Shown: positions 19,424 to 28,800 of the stretch, in pieces | Layout of the letters: every line of letters starts with the position of its first letter | Position numbering within the stretch: position 1 is the first letter of the stretch | Source: Candidatus Sumerlaeia bacterium | GTDB taxonomy: Bacteria > Sumerlaeota > Sumerlaeia > SLMS01 > JANRJK01 | Assembly (NCBI GenBank): GCA_033764015.1 | Contig: JANRJK010000039.1 | Location: 32,001-96,000 of the forward strand | Direction of reading: 5' to 3' | Length of the DNA stretch: 64,000 nucleotides | Program-made: the position numbers and the translations under genes | Notes under the pieces: model-generated | Databases searched by the model: none | What the model saw: the letters and a program-made list of their open reading frames with translations, nothing else | What the model was told of the DNA's origin: nothing

Positions 19424-20404
19424 TCATGGCGCCTCCGCCTCCACCGGCGGAGGCGCTTTGCGTTGGCGGGCGGCGTCGACCTCCGCCGCCTCGCCGGAAT
19501 CGATCGGTCCCGGCGCCCAGTTCAAACCGCCCGGCACCAGCTCCAGCCGGTTCCCCCGTTCATCGACGAACCGCAGGTCCCGCACCTTCCGGTCCGCGGT
19601 GTAGACGTGCCGCGCGGTCCGGTCCCATACCCGCAGCGGGCCGTCGTCGCAGACCACGGCGAGCCAGCGACTGCTCGCGGATTGGCGCAGGAGCGCCGCC
19701 GCCTTGCAGGCACCCCCTTCGAGCAGCGTCTCGCCCTCCGCAAACCGCACCGCCCCCCCGCGATCCAGCAGCAATAGGCTGGCTGACCCCGCCTCCGACG
19801 CGAACGTCATCGCGTCGCCCGGCTCCAGGCGCGCGATCGGCTCCGCCATGAACGTCTCGAAAGGCATCGCGTGCAGCGCGCGGTCGTCCTTCAGGAAGTA
19901 CACCCCCCGGAGCGCGGGGTCCCACTCGAGCTGCCACACGGCGCCGAGCTCCGCCGGCAATTCGCCGCGCAACGATTGATTGCGCAGCACCCAGATCCGT
20001 ACCGCGCCCGCGATCGAGCCGGTGGCGAGCATACGCCCGTCCGGCGAGAACCGCAGCGCCGTCACGGTCTCCGAGTGGGGGCGGAAGTTGAACAGCTCGT
20101 CGCCGGTGGTGGAGAGGACGACGAACACGCGGCCGGACTCGTCGCCGACGGCCGCGAGGTTCCCGGGTGTGGAAAGGTCGAGCGCGGTCCACGCCGCCCC
20201 CTCCAGCGGCGTGTCCCAAGCCACCGTCCGCGTTTCCATGTCGATGAGCAGGAGCCGCTCCGGGAGCGTGGTGGCGCCCCAGCGGCCCGCCTCGTCGACC
20301 GCCACCAACCGTGTCTCGCCCTCCACGATGGGAAAGCCCTTCGCAGGGTAATCCGCCGCGTGGGCGGCCGCCGCGGCGCCGCACGCCAGGAGCGCCGCAC
20401 GCAG
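19424..20404 (-). CDS. secreted WD40-repeat protein (start uncertain)
   Basis: HSETVTALRFSPDGRMLATGS...VRIW, LRVWD; signal-like AALLACGAAAAAHA; no clear start codon identified. Confidence 0.7.
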   Translation of the reverse strand: MRAALLACGAAAAAHAADYPAKGFPIVEGETRLVAVDEAGRWGATTLPERLLLIDMETRTVAWDTPLEGAAWTALDLSTPGNLAAVGDESGRVFVVLSTTGDELFNFRPHSETVTALRFSPDGRMLATGSIAGAVRIWVLRNQSLRGELPAELGAVWQLEWDPALRGVYFLKDDRALHAMPFETFMAEPIARLEPGDAMTFASEAGSASLLLLDRGGAVRFAEGETLLEGGACKAAALLRQSASSRWLAVVCDDGPLRVWDRTARHVYTADRKVRDLRFVDERGNRLELVPGGLNWAPGPIDSGEAAEVDAARQRKAPPPVEAEAP

Positions 20405-20513
20405 CTTGCGCCAGCGGGCGCGCCGTTCGATAAACCGAACGCGCGCCCACCCTGCGGCGCGCCGCCTTCCCGCACACGGAGTGACTGCCAAGATGCCGAA
20501 CGCCCTGTCCGCC

Positions 20514-21974
20514 ATGAGGCGCATCCTCCTCGCGGCCCTCGCCGCGGCCACCGCCTGCGCGGCCCCCGCCGGGCCTGTGGTCATCAGTGTGTCGCAGGAG
20601 ACCCAGTTTGGCCAGAGCGTTTTCGTCTCCTCGCCGCGCCTCGAAACCGGGCTCGGCGACATCACCAAGTCCGTCAAGCTCTCGCCGCACAACTACCCGG
20701 TCTGGAGCGTGACGCTCGATCTCCCCGCGGGCGCGCAGATCACTCCCCAGTTCTACCTGCGCAGCGACGCCGCCGCGGACCTCGGCGGCGCGGCGAATGG
20801 CACCCTTGCCTCGACCGGGAGCACGCTCACGGCCGGCGCCGCCGACGATACGCCCACGACGATCACGATCTACCCTGCGCAAGCGTCGGACGTCGCGCTC
20901 GTCACGGTCATCTCCGCCAACGGCGGCGGGACCGTTGCGCAAATCCCCATGACACGGAACGACGCGAACGGCTTGGTGCGCTACGAGGCCCAACTCCCCG
21001 CCGTGCACGCCCGCGACCGCCACATGATGCAGGCTTCCGTCGGCGGGACGCTTTACCCCTCGGACGGCTACGTGCGCGTGAACCCTGCTCCGACCTGGTG
21101 GCGCTTCGGGCAGGGGTTCCTCTACGACCCCGCGACGATGACCGCCGCCCCCGCGGCCGCGCGGACCACCACGTTCACGTTCCAGCCCACCGCGGTCCCC
21201 GGCGGAGGCTCCGCGTTCGGCTCGCGGACGATCCGCGTCCAGCTTCCCCGCGGCTACGATGCCGCGACAAAGGCGTACCCGGTCCTCTATGCGCAGGACG
21301 GCCAGAACGTCTTCGCGCCCGGCGGACCATTCGGCTCCTGGGACCTCGATGTCGCCGTCCGCACTCTGACCAACAGGGCGGAGATGCCCGAAGTCATTTT
21401 GGTCGGCATCGACAACACCAGCGGCCGGTTCGCCGAGTACACGCCCGAGTACGGCAACATCAGCGGCACGCAAGGGCGCGGCGGCGAGTTCCTGACCATG
21501 CTCCGTGACCAGCTCCTCCCCGAGGTCGAAAGCCGCTACCGAGTCCTGCAGGGCCCGGAGAACACCGCCCACATCGGCAGCTCCCTCGGAGGACTCCTCG
21601 GCTTCCACGCGGCCAACGAGTTCGAGGACACCTGGGGCTCCGTGGTCGCCATGTCGCCCAGCTTCCAAGTGAACTCTACGGAGAACTTCCGCCGCGCGCT
21701 CTTCGCGCCCGCGGAGTTCGGCCGCCTCTACATCGACTCCGGCAACACCGGCACCTCGGCGGACGGCTACGCGAACACGGTCACCGTGCGCGACCGGCGC
21801 CTCGAGGCGGGCGAGCCCCTCGGCGAGCGCTTCTGGCACACCGTCGGCCTCGGCATGCAGCACAACGAGGCCGCATGGCGCCAGCGCTCGCCCGACGCGC
21901 TGCGCTGGCTCTACTCGCCCGCGCTGCGGGAGGCGTCCCAGCCCTCCGCCGCGAGCGGCCTCCTGATCTTCTAG
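20514..21974 (+). CDS. secreted CBM20 starch-binding domain fused to an alpha/beta-hydrolase esterase (Fes/IroE-like)
   Basis: Signal peptide; TQFGQSVFV...YPVWSVTLDLP (CBM20); YPVLYAQDGQN, GSSLGG nucleophile elbow, HNEAAW; ends SGLLIF. Confidence 0.85.
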   Translation: MRRILLAALAAATACAAPAGPVVISVSQETQFGQSVFVSSPRLETGLGDITKSVKLSPHNYPVWSVTLDLPAGAQITPQFYLRSDAAADLGGAANGTLASTGSTLTAGAADDTPTTITIYPAQASDVALVTVISANGGGTVAQIPMTRNDANGLVRYEAQLPAVHARDRHMMQASVGGTLYPSDGYVRVNPAPTWWRFGQGFLYDPATMTAAPAAARTTTFTFQPTAVPGGGSAFGSRTIRVQLPRGYDAATKAYPVLYAQDGQNVFAPGGPFGSWDLDVAVRTLTNRAEMPEVILVGIDNTSGRFAEYTPEYGNISGTQGRGGEFLTMLRDQLLPEVESRYRVLQGPENTAHIGSSLGGLLGFHAANEFEDTWGSVVAMSPSFQVNSTENFRRALFAPAEFGRLYIDSGNTGTSADGYANTVTVRDRRLEAGEPLGERFWHTVGLGMQHNEAAWRQRSPDALRWLYSPALREASQPSAASGLLIF

Positions 21975-21994
21975 ACCAATCGAAAGGCAACGCC

Positions 21995-23539
21995 TTGAAG
22001 CGAGCCCTCACCGCACCCGACCGCCTCGACACGCCCGGGCGCGAGACCGCCAAGTACGAAGCCCGCCTCGCCGACTGGCGCATGGGCCACACTGTCTACC
22101 AGATCTACGTGGACCGCTTCGCGCCCTCCCAGCGCCTCGATGGCAAGCGCCACCACTACGCCTCGCCGAAGCTACTCCGCGACTGGTCCCAGCAGCCCTC
22201 CCGCGGAAACTACCTCGCCGACGTCCACAACAACGAAGGCGAGATCGAGTTCTGGGGCGGCGACTTCGATTCGGTCCGCGGTAAGGTTGACTATCTCAAG
22301 CAACTCGGCGTCGAGGTGGTCTACTTCAACCCCGTCTTCGAGGCCTTCACGAACCACAAGTACGACGGCTACGACTACTTCAGGATCGATCCGCAGTTCG
22401 GAACGAAGGAGGAGTTGAAGGAACTGGTCGAGGAGCTGCACGCGAACGGCATCCGCGTGCTGCTCGACGGCGTCTTCAACCACCTCGGGCGCCGCTCGCC
22501 CCACTTCCTGGAAGCCAAGGCGGACCCTTCCAGCCCGAAGCGCTCCTGGTTCTTCTTCGGCGACGAGTACCGCAACGGCTACCGCGCCTGGCGCAACGGC
22601 GCGAACCTGCCGGAGCTGAACCTCGAGAACCCCGAGGTGCGCCGCATGGCGATCGAGGGGCCGGACTCCGCGGTGCAGCATTACATCCGCGACATCGGCA
22701 TCGACGGCTGGCGAATCGACGTGGGGCCGGACGTCGGCTACCGCTGGTTGCGGGCCGTGACCGACAACTCGCACGAGGCGCGCCCCGACACGGTGGTGAT
22801 CGGCGAGTGCTGGAACTACCCGGAGGAGTGGTTGCATGTGATGGACGGCGTGATGAACATGCACGCCCGCATGCTGCTCCTGAAGGGCATCGGCGGCGAA
22901 ATGCCCGCCCGCGCCCTCGCCCGCGCGCTCGACCGGATGGCCGCCGACTGCGACGAGGACGGCCTCCTCCGCAGCCACCTCGTGCTCGACAACCACGACA
23001 CTCCGCGGCTCCGCCACTTCCTCAAGAGCCACGTGCAGCGCGCGCTCGCGCGCACGCTCCAGTTCACGCTTCCGGGGTGCCCCGTCGTCTACTACGGCTC
23101 CGAGGCCGACATGGACGGCGGCCACGATCCAGGCAGCCGCGGCCCCATGGACTGGGACGCGGCCAACGACACCAACCCGCACTTCCGTCTGGTCAAGCAG
23201 CTCGCCGAGCTGCGCCGCGAGCACCCGGCCCTGCGGGTCGGCTCGTTCCGCGTCCTCGAGGCGGAGAAGCTGCTGGCCTTCATCCGCACCACGGACCGCG
23301 CCCGCGAGACCATCCTCGTGCTCGCAAACCCCTCGCGGGAGTGGGTGCGCGAACTGGTGCCGATCCGCGACTCGCGCCTCATGGACGCCTCCGCGCTCCG
23401 GTGCCTGCTGAGCGGCGAACGAGTGCACCTTCAGTGCGGCACCATCGAGACCACCGTGCCGCCGCACTCGGCGCGCGTGTACCGCACGGAGGACCTCGGC
23501 GACCGCCCCGGCTACTCGATGTTCAAGCGCGTCCCGTAG
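21995..23539 (+). CDS. GH13 alpha-amylase family (neopullulanase/cyclomaltodextrinase-like)
   Basis: YQIYVDRF, GGDF, NHKYD, DGVFNH, DGWRIDV, GECW, DNHD, YYGSE; TTG start after GAAAGG; no signal peptide. Confidence 0.93.
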   Translation: MKRALTAPDRLDTPGRETAKYEARLADWRMGHTVYQIYVDRFAPSQRLDGKRHHYASPKLLRDWSQQPSRGNYLADVHNNEGEIEFWGGDFDSVRGKVDYLKQLGVEVVYFNPVFEAFTNHKYDGYDYFRIDPQFGTKEELKELVEELHANGIRVLLDGVFNHLGRRSPHFLEAKADPSSPKRSWFFFGDEYRNGYRAWRNGANLPELNLENPEVRRMAIEGPDSAVQHYIRDIGIDGWRIDVGPDVGYRWLRAVTDNSHEARPDTVVIGECWNYPEEWLHVMDGVMNMHARMLLLKGIGGEMPARALARALDRMAADCDEDGLLRSHLVLDNHDTPRLRHFLKSHVQRALARTLQFTLPGCPVVYYGSEADMDGGHDPGSRGPMDWDAANDTNPHFRLVKQLAELRREHPALRVGSFRVLEAEKLLAFIRTTDRARETILVLANPSREWVRELVPIRDSRLMDASALRCLLSGERVHLQCGTIETTVPPHSARVYRTEDLGDRPGYSMFKRVP

Positions 23540-23545
23540 CGGCGC

Positions 23546-24592
23546 CTACTTCGCGCGGAACGCTTCCTTGAGCGACCGCTTGTAGGGGGGGCGCAACACG
23601 CCCGCCTCGGTCACGATCGCCGAAACGTACTTCGCCGGCGTGACGTCGAAGGCGGGGGAGAAAACGCGCACCCCCTTCGGCGCCACGCGCGTGCCGCCGA
23701 AGCTGGTGACCTCCTCCGCGCCGCGCTCCTCCACGGGGATTCCGGATCCGTCCCCCGTCGAGAGGTCCACGGTGCTAAGCGGCGCGGCGACGTAGAGCGG
23801 CACCTTGAAGTGCGCGGCCAGGATCGCCAGCGGCATCGTGCCCACTTTGTTCGCCGTGTCGCCGTTCGCCGCGATCCGGTCCGCGCCGACCACGACCGCC
23901 TGCACGCGCCCCTGCGAGAGCACCGTCGCCGCCATCGAGTCGGTGATGAGCACCGTGTCGATGCCCGCCTGCGCCAGCTCCCAAGCGGTGAGGCGCGCGC
24001 CCTGCAGGAGCGGACGCGTCTCGTCCGCGTACACCGTGAAGCGGCGCTTCTTCGCGGCCTCGTAGATCAGTGCCAGTGCGGTGCCCATGCCGCCGGTGGC
24101 GAGCGCGCCCGCGTTGCAGTGCGTGAGCACGCCGTCCACTCCGTCGAGCAGCGGCGCTCCGTGGCGGCCGATCGCGGCGCAGGTGGCCCGGTCCGACTCG
24201 TGGATCGCAAGCGCCTCCGCCAGCGTGGCGGCGAGCACCTCCTCCGCCGTCGCCGCGTCCGGCAGCCCCCGCACCATCGCGCGGCAGCGGTCCAGCGCCC
24301 AGAACAGGTTCACCGCCGTCGGCCGCGAGGTGGCGAGGTAGTCCGCCGCGCGGAGAGCGACCCGCACCGCCTGCGCCCCGCTCCCGGGCTTCGCCGCCCG
24401 GACGGCGAGGAACACGCCGTAGCCCGCCGCGACTCCGATCGCCGGCGCGCCGCGGACGCGCAGCTTCTTGATCGCCTCCCACATCGCCTTCTCGTCCTTG
24501 ATGGCGAGGAAGCGCGTCTTCCCCGGCAGCAGCGTCTGGTCGATGATGCGCACGTCGCGCCCGGTCCACTCGATCGTTTCGACAGGAGGCAT
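23546..24592 (-). CDS. mtnA: S-methyl-5-thioribose-1-phosphate isomerase
   Basis: VRGAPAIG, SRPTAVNL, THCNAGALAT, ETRPLLQGARLT, GADRIAANGDTANKVG, PAFDVTP. Confidence 0.97.
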   Translation of the reverse strand: MPPVETIEWTGRDVRIIDQTLLPGKTRFLAIKDEKAMWEAIKKLRVRGAPAIGVAAGYGVFLAVRAAKPGSGAQAVRVALRAADYLATSRPTAVNLFWALDRCRAMVRGLPDAATAEEVLAATLAEALAIHESDRATCAAIGRHGAPLLDGVDGVLTHCNAGALATGGMGTALALIYEAAKKRRFTVYADETRPLLQGARLTAWELAQAGIDTVLITDSMAATVLSQGRVQAVVVGADRIAANGDTANKVGTMPLAILAAHFKVPLYVAAPLSTVDLSTGDGSGIPVEERGAEEVTSFGGTRVAPKGVRVFSPAFDVTPAKYVSAIVTEAGVLRPPYKRSLKEAFRAK

Positions 24593-24614
24593 GTCGCCTG
24601 CTCCTAGCGGATGA

Positions 24615-24627
24615 TTGACTTAGTCAA
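24615..24627. promoter_or_regulatory. candidate operator upstream of mtnA
   Basis: Perfect inverted repeat TTGACT-N-AGTCAA in a short AT-rich gap 22 nt upstream of the mtnA ATG. Confidence 0.4.
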
Positions 24628-24634
24628 GAGAGCA

Positions 24635-27600
24635 CTACTCGAGGCGCCAACCGGTCGGGGCGAGCGCCGCGCGGACCACCTCCGACGCGTCGACCACAAG
24701 CGCACGCCCGTCCTGCAGGCCGGCGACGAGCGTGCCGTCCGAAGCGGCCAGCGCTCGGATGTAGCGGAAGCCGTTCGCCGCCGGCGGCGGCTCCCAGCAA
24801 CCCACGTGGCGGACCGTCCCCGATGGGGGCACGTGGTAGAAGTGCACCGCGTAGACGCCGTCCGCGACCGCGAGCACCTCCGGCGCCAACCACGCGACCG
24901 CCGACGCGTCGACCAGTTCCTCCGCCAGCGGGGCATAGTCCAGGGGCCGGCCATCCTCCGCAAGGTCCACCACCACCGCGCCACGGTTGCGCCGCGCGAA
25001 GGCGAGACGCCGCGAGCCCGGCTCGATGTCGCCCCAAGCCTTGAGTCGCGGAATCTCGAGGCGCTCGTGGTCTTCCTGCGACAGCGAATCCGCGGGAACG
25101 TAGTCGAGCCCGAAGTCCTCCACCGCGACCAGCACCGCGCCGTCGGCGAACGGGCCGAATACGTCCTGGAAGGTGCCCTCCGGCGCGAGGTACGCGGCCT
25201 CGCGCGCGAAGCCCTCCGGGCCGAGCGACAGCCGCCGCAGGCCGAGCTCGCGCGTCGTCACCCACCAGCGTTCGCCGTCCGCGAGCGCGTCCAACGCGCC
25301 TCCGGTGAAGGCGTAGAACTCCGCCGTGGGGGCGGACTCGAACTCGGCGGGGGAGTGGAATCGCAGGCCCGTCATGGTGCTGGTGCCGACGATGCCGCCG
25401 TTGGCGAAGAACCACTGCGAGGCGGCGTATCTGGTCGGCCCGGTGAACTGCCGCACGGCGCCGCCGTCCAGCAGCTCGAACACGCGCGGTGGAATCTGGT
25501 CCAGGTCGGTCAGCGCGCTCACCGCGACCAGCCGCCGCGCTGTATCGTACTCGATACGTTCGGGCCAAGTCGGCGATCCGAACGGCGCGCGCACGGGGAC
25601 TGTGTGGGTGACTGGAAGGTCGAATTCGCACGGCTGGGCGCCCGCGTCCGTCTCGACCGACTCGACCGCAAGCAGGCCGCCTTCGCCGAAGTCCACGAGC
25701 GCGAATTCGCCGGGCGGCAACTCGATCCGCCAACGCCCTCCCCCGAGCCCGCTAGCTACCCGCCCGCCGACCAGGTCGCGCGGGGGCGCGAACCAATCGC
25801 TATCCGCGGTGAACTCCACCGCGACGCTCCGGTCGCCATCCGCGTTGACGAACCACGCGTAACTCCCGTCGGCGTCGGACGTGCGCGAGGCGATCAGCGG
25901 GCGCGGGACACCCGCCACTCGCGTTGGGAGGGCCAGCGACTGCAGTAACGGACCGAGCCGGTCCGTCATCTTATGGAACTCGACGAAGGGCGCCGCGACG
26001 GAGGTCCGCTCGAGGTCGAAGTCGCGGATCCCCTCGCGCCCGAAGATCGACGTCCACGTGAACGACAGCGTTCCCTTGATCCCCGCCGCGAGCCCCGCGC
26101 CGAGGTGCGCCCGGATCGCGGAGGGCTTCACCGCGCGGATGTGCTGCTGCTCCAGGGAGACGAAAGCCTGCGGCGTGAGCCAGAGGTCCTTGCCCGCCGC
26201 CGCGGCGGCCGCCGCGTAGCCCTCCAACTCGTCCTGGAAATCGAACAGGATGTCCGGGTCCGGCATCTGGATTCCGCTGTCGTACGGGTAGAGGTCGACG
26301 ATGTGGACGGGCGAGTCGATGAGCGACAAATCCGCCGCGTCGATGTAGGCGGGCGCGTGGATGGCGAACGCGTTCTTGAGCACTGGGTCCTGCGCGGCCG
26401 CGAGCTGCACCCGCCGCAGACGCCGGAACGCCCGGTCCCCGAAAGGCTCGTCCACCGCGTAAATGCCCATGAAGTGGGGCGAGCCCGAGACCGGGGCCGC
26501 GAGCGCGCGCGCCTCCGACGTGTACCACTCGGACGAAAACGAGTCGTCGTAGAGCCGGTTCGAGAACAACCGGGTGATGTCGTCCATGGATAGCAGGAAC
26601 GGGAACGACTCCGCGTCGACGGCTTCGCGCACTTCGGCGAGCTGGTCCGCGCGCACGATCAGCATCCCGAAGTCGAAGCCGTCCTCCTTCGCCGCGCGGA
26701 TCGCCCGCGTGATGTAGCCGGGCTCGTCGGTGGCGAGGAACCACATGAACGCGCCGTTCGGGAAGTCTCCGAGCCGGAACGGCGGGGGAGCGGCGGTCCC
26801 CGCGGGCGCCTCGACGATGGCGACGGGGGCTTCCAGCGTGAACGGATCGAAGCCGGTCCCTTCGAGCCGCGCGCGGATCGTCCAGCTCCCGGCGCCGGGG
26901 GCCTCCGCCACGGGCAGGCGCGCCCGCAGTGTGGTTCCGAGCGCCTCCGCGGCGAGCGGCCTCGCTACGCCGCGCGCCGCGTCGACCAGCTCGAGCGTCC
27001 CCGTCGTCAGGAGGCCGGGTAGCGCCGCGGTCACCACCAGGTCGTCGTCCGGGCTCGTGCTGCCGACGGTCCACTCGGAGGGCTCGACCAGCAGGAATCC
27101 GCGCGCGAGCGCCTCAATCTCCGCCGCGCCGGAGAGCGCCTCGATCCGCAGCTCCGAAAGTCCCGAGACATTCCGCGGCGTCGGGTCGAAGGCGAGTACC
27201 CGCTGGGTCGGGACACCTCCCCCGGGGATCGTCGCCGTTGCGGAGCGCGGCGCATCGGCGTCCGCGCTCGATCGCCGCAGCGGCGTCGCCGTTGCGACTA
27301 TCTCCGAACCATCCGCGGAGGTCGCGCGGAGGAGGGTGAAGTAGCGCTCGAACAGCCGCCCCTGCACCACGGTCGCCGTCGCGGACGAACCCGCCGCGAG
27401 CTCGAGCCTGCCGCCTTCCAACGCGGCACCGCCCGCGAGCGCCCAGCGCTCCCCGTCGAATGGCGGCGCGCCCTCGCGCAGCAACTCGAGGTTGTCGTAT
27501 CGGACGAACGTGCGCGAGTAGCGCGACGCGGGGAAGAGCTGCGCCGTCGAGGATCCCTCGGGCATCCGGTGCAAAGTCCAGAAGTCGCCCCAGCCGCCTG

Positions 27601-28075
27601 TTTCCGTGCGCATGATGACCGATGCGTCGAACGTCGGCCAGTCGATGAACTGCAGGAGCGGGGAGTAGTGCTCGAAGTGGATCCGCACCGTCTCGAAGTC
27701 GAATTCGCTCCATGCCTTGCCGCGCACCACGGCGTGCTGGAAGGGATCCGCCGGCGTCACCAGGTCCTGGTACCAGCCATGGAGGCGCTGCGAGCGGATC
27801 GAATTCGAGCCCTCGAAGGCGGTGGCCGGGTCGGTGTCGAACACCGCGAGGCGGAACTGGCTCCAGCCCGCAGGCAGCCCCGCCGTCGTCAGCGCCTCGA
27901 AGCCCGGGTTGACGATTTCGGGATTCGCGAGGAACCGCGGCTTCGGCATCGGATTGTTGCGCAGCGCGGCCACCGTGGAGCGCAACCGGTCCCACCCCTC
28001 CTCTCCGGCCGGAGGCTCCTGCGCCGGAACGGAGCCCGCGAGCAGCGCCGCGCACAGCTGCAGCGCGCGCCTCAC
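24635..28075 (-). CDS. large secreted multidomain protein (CBM-like N-terminus, putative glycoside-hydrolase-like barrel, C-terminal beta-propeller)
   Basis: GTG start overlaps the nth stop; signal peptide; IVNPGFE...GW; GIYAVDEP, VDLYPY, LWLTPQAF; propeller-like VADG/VVD repeats; ends TGWRLE. Confidence 0.7.
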   Translation of the reverse strand: MRRALQLCAALLAGSVPAQEPPAGEEGWDRLRSTVAALRNNPMPKPRFLANPEIVNPGFEALTTAGLPAGWSQFRLAVFDTDPATAFEGSNSIRSQRLHGWYQDLVTPADPFQHAVVRGKAWSEFDFETVRIHFEHYSPLLQFIDWPTFDASVIMRTETGGWGDFWTLHRMPEGSSTAQLFPASRYSRTFVRYDNLELLREGAPPFDGERWALAGGAALEGGRLELAAGSSATATVVQGRLFERYFTLLRATSADGSEIVATATPLRRSSADADAPRSATATIPGGGVPTQRVLAFDPTPRNVSGLSELRIEALSGAAEIEALARGFLLVEPSEWTVGSTSPDDDLVVTAALPGLLTTGTLELVDAARGVARPLAAEALGTTLRARLPVAEAPGAGSWTIRARLEGTGFDPFTLEAPVAIVEAPAGTAAPPPFRLGDFPNGAFMWFLATDEPGYITRAIRAAKEDGFDFGMLIVRADQLAEVREAVDAESFPFLLSMDDITRLFSNRLYDDSFSSEWYTSEARALAAPVSGSPHFMGIYAVDEPFGDRAFRRLRRVQLAAAQDPVLKNAFAIHAPAYIDAADLSLIDSPVHIVDLYPYDSGIQMPDPDILFDFQDELEGYAAAAAAAGKDLWLTPQAFVSLEQQHIRAVKPSAIRAHLGAGLAAGIKGTLSFTWTSIFGREGIRDFDLERTSVAAPFVEFHKMTDRLGPLLQSLALPTRVAGVPRPLIASRTSDADGSYAWFVNADGDRSVAVEFTADSDWFAPPRDLVGGRVASGLGGGRWRIELPPGEFALVDFGEGGLLAVESVETDAGAQPCEFDLPVTHTVPVRAPFGSPTWPERIEYDTARRLVAVSALTDLDQIPPRVFELLDGGAVRQFTGPTRYAASQWFFANGGIVGTSTMTGLRFHSPAEFESAPTAEFYAFTGGALDALADGERWWVTTRELGLRRLSLGPEGFAREAAYLAPEGTFQDVFGPFADGAVLVAVEDFGLDYVPADSLSQEDHERLEIPRLKAWGDIEPGSRRLAFARRNRGAVVVDLAEDGRPLDYAPLAEELVDASAVAWLAPEVLAVADGVYAVHFYHVPPSGTVRHVGCWEPPPAANGFRYIRALAASDGTLVAGLQDGRALVVDASEVVRAALAPTGWRLE

Positions 28076-28800
28076 GCGGATTCCCTCGATGGGCAGAGCC
28101 CGCCCAGCGGGCACTCGCCGCAGGCGGGCTTCCGCGCCTTGCACGTCCTGCGCCCGTGGAGGATCACCGCGTGGCTGAAATGCGAGTAGCGCTCCGGCGC
28201 GAGCAGCGCCGCCACGTCGAACTCGATCTTCTCCGGATCGTCCTCCTTCGTCAGGCCGAGGCGGTGCGAGATGCGTGTGAAGTGCGTGTCCACCGTGATC
28301 GCCGGCATCCCGAAGGCGTTCGCGCGCACCACGTTCGCCGTTTTGCGGGCGACGCCGCGTAGCGTCAGCAGCTCCTCCATCGCGGCGGGCACGCGGCCGC
28401 CGAAGCGCTCCTCGACGCCGCGCGCCATCTCGCGGATCGCCTTCGCCTTGTTGTTGAAGAAGCCTGTGCTGTGGATCGCCTCCTCCAACTCCCCCGGAGG
28501 CGACTCCGCGAAAGCGCGCGGCGACGGGTATCTCTTGAAAAGGCCGGGCGTGACCATGTTCACGCGCTCGTCGGTGCACTGCGCGGAGAGGATCGTCGCG
28601 ACCACCAGCTCGAAGGCGTTCGAGTAGTGCAGCGCGCAGGTGGCGTCGGGGAACTCGCGGAGCAGGACATCCGCCACGGCGCCGGCGCGCTCCACCAGCG
28701 GCCTGCGCGGCTTGCGCTCGGCGATGGCCCCGCGCAGCCGCGCGTCCAGCTCCGGCCAGCGGGGCGACGAGGCCTGCGGGGGAGCCTTACGCGCCGGCAC
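28072..28800 (-). CDS. nth: endonuclease III
   Basis: LVVATILSAQCTD, GVARKTANVV, VDTH, C-terminal CxxxxxxCxxCxxxxxC [4Fe-4S] motif. Confidence 0.96.
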   Translation of the reverse strand: MPARKAPPQASSPRWPELDARLRGAIAERKPRRPLVERAGAVADVLLREFPDATCALHYSNAFELVVATILSAQCTDERVNMVTPGLFKRYPSPRAFAESPPGELEEAIHSTGFFNNKAKAIREMARGVEERFGGRVPAAMEELLTLRGVARKTANVVRANAFGMPAITVDTHFTRISHRLGLTKEDDPEKIEFDVAALLAPERYSHFSHAVILHGRRTCKARKPACGECPLGGLCPSRESA

